From Prochlorococcus sp. MIT 0801 (lineage in GTDB: Bacteria > Cyanobacteriota > Cyanobacteriia > PCC-6307 > Cyanobiaceae): 32,000 nucleotides of DNA. Within the stretch, counting starts at the first letter, position 1, and each line of letters starts with the position of its first letter. Under the pieces are notes generated by a model. That model ran no database searches and had not been told where the DNA came from. It saw only the letters and a list, made by a program, of their open reading frames with translations. The position numbers and the translations under genes were made by a program. The stretch covers positions 1-32,000 of the forward strand of contig NZ_CP007754.1 of assembly GCF_000757865.1 (NCBI RefSeq). The letters are read 5' to 3'. Shown here in pieces: positions 30,403-32,000 of the stretch.

Positions 30403-31299
30403 TTAATTCATTTTTATATGCGAAAAACAATTCTTTAACCCAGATTTAAAATCAGGATAAATTAGAGAATAGCCAAGTTTTTTACATAATAACTCGTTAT
30501 CAACTTTTCTATTCTCCTGCCAAAAAGATATTGCCATTGGACTCATTGTTGTTTGCGCAATTTCAAAAGGTACTGTTGATGGTAGAGATTTTTTGGCTAT
30601 TTTGGCTGCGAAATTAAGCACGTCAAGATTACTTGCTGGCAAGTTATCGGCTACATTCACTACTGATGGAGTTCTCCCTTGAAAAAAGAGATTAATTAAG
30701 AATAAGACAGATCCAGCAATATCATCGACATGAATTCTTGAAAAAACTTGACCGGGTTTATCGATCATTTTCGTTGTTCCATTTAACAGGCTTTCAAATG
30801 CAGATCTTCCAGGCCCATAAATTCCTGGTAATCTGAGTATTTGAATCGGTAGCTTTGTATCTAGCCATTGTTTTTCACAGGACAATCTACGAATACTTCT
30901 TTCTTGTTGAGGGTTTGGAGACGTATTCTCATTTACCCAGTTACCTTTTGAATCTCCATATACACCAGTAGTTGATAAATAACCCACCCACTTTATCTTT
31001 TTTGAATTTAGTAATTGATTTTTAAGTTTAAGAAGCACAGGATCTTCTCCACTTAATAAAGGAGGTATACAACTTAAGACATGTGTTGCTCCTTCCAGAA
31101 TTTCATTAGAAAATTTTTGATCGGTGTTAAATACAAAATCAGCTCCTTTGCTACCTTCTTTTCTCCGGCTGCATAAAACTTTTACTCCTAAATGCCTTCC
31201 TACACTTGCGATTCTTTGACCACTAAATCCACCTCCAAATATGATTAATTTTGATCTAGGCGGTAGAGGCTCAGATCGCTTGACAATATCTTGAATCAT
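30403..31299 (-). CDS. NAD(P)-binding Rossmann-fold protein (SDR/epimerase-like), function unknown
   Basis: Gly-rich dinucleotide motif IIFGGGFSG near the N-terminus, about 298 aa. The ORF track extends to TTG 31332; I prefer ATG at 31299 (MIQDIVKRS...). Confidence 0.75.
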   Translation of the reverse strand: MIQDIVKRSEPLPPRSKLIIFGGGFSGQRIASVGRHLGVKVLCSRRKEGSKGADFVFNTDQKFSNEILEGATHVLSCIPPLLSGEDPVLLKLKNQLLNSKKIKWVGYLSTTGVYGDSKGNWVNENTSPNPQQERSIRRLSCEKQWLDTKLPIQILRLPGIYGPGRSAFESLLNGTTKMIDKPGQVFSRIHVDDIAGSVLFLINLFFQGRTPSVVNVADNLPASNLDVLNFAAKIAKKSLPSTVPFEIAQTTMSPMAISFWQENRKVDNELLCKKLGYSLIYPDFKSGLKNCFSHIKMN

Positions 31300-31331
31300 T
31301 AGTACAAATGTATTATGTTGATTATTTAGCA

Positions 31332-31556
31332 ATGATTGCTTCTTATTTAAAGCCTAGTCTGAATTCCTCTAATGGCGCTAGGAAATTAAGGAACTATAAA
31401 AGAATATCTGAACAAGACAAAAATCAGATCATTATAAAACCCATACTCGCGTCAATTTGCTTTCTTTTTTGCATCATTCTTGTACCAGAAAAACCTTCTA
31501 ACTTGACTTCGATTTGTGAAAAATATAATTCTTCTGCCGCTTGTCAAGTTTGGTAG
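31332..31556 (+). CDS. Possible small single-pass membrane protein (hypothetical)
   Basis: 74 aa from ATG 31332. One hydrophobic helix (ILASICFLFCIILV) and a Cys-containing tail (SICEKYNSSAACQVW). It fills an otherwise atypically long gap in a very compact region. No recognisable family. Confidence 0.35.
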   Translation: MIASYLKPSLNSSNGARKLRNYKRISEQDKNQIIIKPILASICFLFCIILVPEKPSNLTSICEKYNSSAACQVW

Positions 31557-31560
31557 AGTT

Positions 31561-31971
31561 TTAAGCTGCTTGCCAAGAATAATCTTCATTTGATCGCGAT
31601 TTTGAATTTTTACGACTCTCATTAGGTTTAGGCTCAGCCCATTTTAGAAGCCTTAAAGCTAAACGTATGTCTCCTTCCGTCCAAGCTCTTATTGCCATAG
31701 ATCGTCTTGGGTCGTAAAAACGTTGTTTTCTGTACCATTCAAAAGCATCATTATCTGTTTTGCTTCCATTACATGAGAGGCAGGCAGGCACACAATTTTC
31801 AGTAGTGCTTAACCCACCTCTACTTCTAGGTAGAATATGGTCAATTGATTCTGAATTTTTCCCACAATAAATACAATTGTTTCCGGTGAATTCATGTAAT
31901 GATTTGCGCCATCTTCGATCACGTAGCTTTGGGCATAGATCTTCTAAGAAAACCGCATCCCTGTTATGCAT
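31561..31971 (-). CDS. HNH-family endonuclease-domain protein
   Basis: 136 aa. CIYCG...SIDHILPRSRGGLSTTENCVPACLSCNGSK is an HNH motif bracketed by two CxxC pairs. Basic C-terminal tail. Confidence 0.85.
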   Translation of the reverse strand: MHNRDAVFLEDLCPKLRDRRWRKSLHEFTGNNCIYCGKNSESIDHILPRSRGGLSTTENCVPACLSCNGSKTDNDAFEWYRKQRFYDPRRSMAIRAWTEGDIRLALRLLKWAEPKPNESRKNSKSRSNEDYSWQAA

Positions 31972-32000
31972 GTGTAGAAATTAGCTAGTTGAATTTTGCC

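Noticed and set aside
31301-31314. AGTACAAATGTATT, which resembles the cyanobacterial LexA box RGTACNNNDGTWCB
   Set aside because: It has a mismatch at the conserved C of the second half-site (GTATT instead of GTWCB). It sits just upstream of (2 nt from) the preferred ATG of a gene with no obvious SOS link.
1-32000. Search by eye for CRISPR arrays, IS or transposase genes, integrases, phage genes, tRNA, rRNA or tmRNA genes, toxin-antitoxin pairs and defence systems
   Set aside because: None found. Every sizeable ORF has a housekeeping or conserved-hypothetical assignment. Apart from the 373-bp origin region upstream of dnaN, every intergenic spacer is 150 bp or less, and the only tandem repeat is the in-frame Gly-rich one.

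Overview
This window reads as the origin-proximal core genome of an AT-rich marine picocyanobacterium. The gene order dnaN, PRC-barrel ORF, purL, purF, gyrA/parC-like, then nusB, ftsY, argH, rbp, grpE, dnaJ, rsgA, murB, murC, gap2, thiL, efp, accB, pdxA and HNH matches what I remember for the start of Prochlorococcus marinus genomes. The roughly mid-30s %GC (judged by eye) and the long Gly-rich RRM protein suggest a low-light NATL/SS120-like lineage, but I cannot verify strain identity. About 95% of the window is coding: 31 protein genes, many of them separated by 0-4 bp or overlapping, which implies translational coupling. I found no tRNA or rRNA genes, CRISPR arrays, transposases, integrases, phage genes or recognisable defence or toxin modules. 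Non-coding features I can support are a DnaA-box cluster (putative oriC) upstream of dnaN, a GC-rich 24-bp tandem repeat inside the RRM gene, one clear intrinsic terminator embedded in the 3' end of dusA, and two small hairpins in the rbp leader. I do not see an accessory island or an obvious novel multi-gene system. The findings are therefore modest observations on under-characterised conserved genes: the tandem PRC-barrel ORF coupled to dnaN, a Tat-signal MsrB, the dnaJ/tusA-like/rsgA coupled block, the expanded GGYGGGGQ RRM protein, a GyrA-box-less topoisomerase A subunit, and an orphan HNH protein next to a small membrane ORF. It also covers unusual gene-packing features. All homology calls come from motif recognition by eye; no searches were run.
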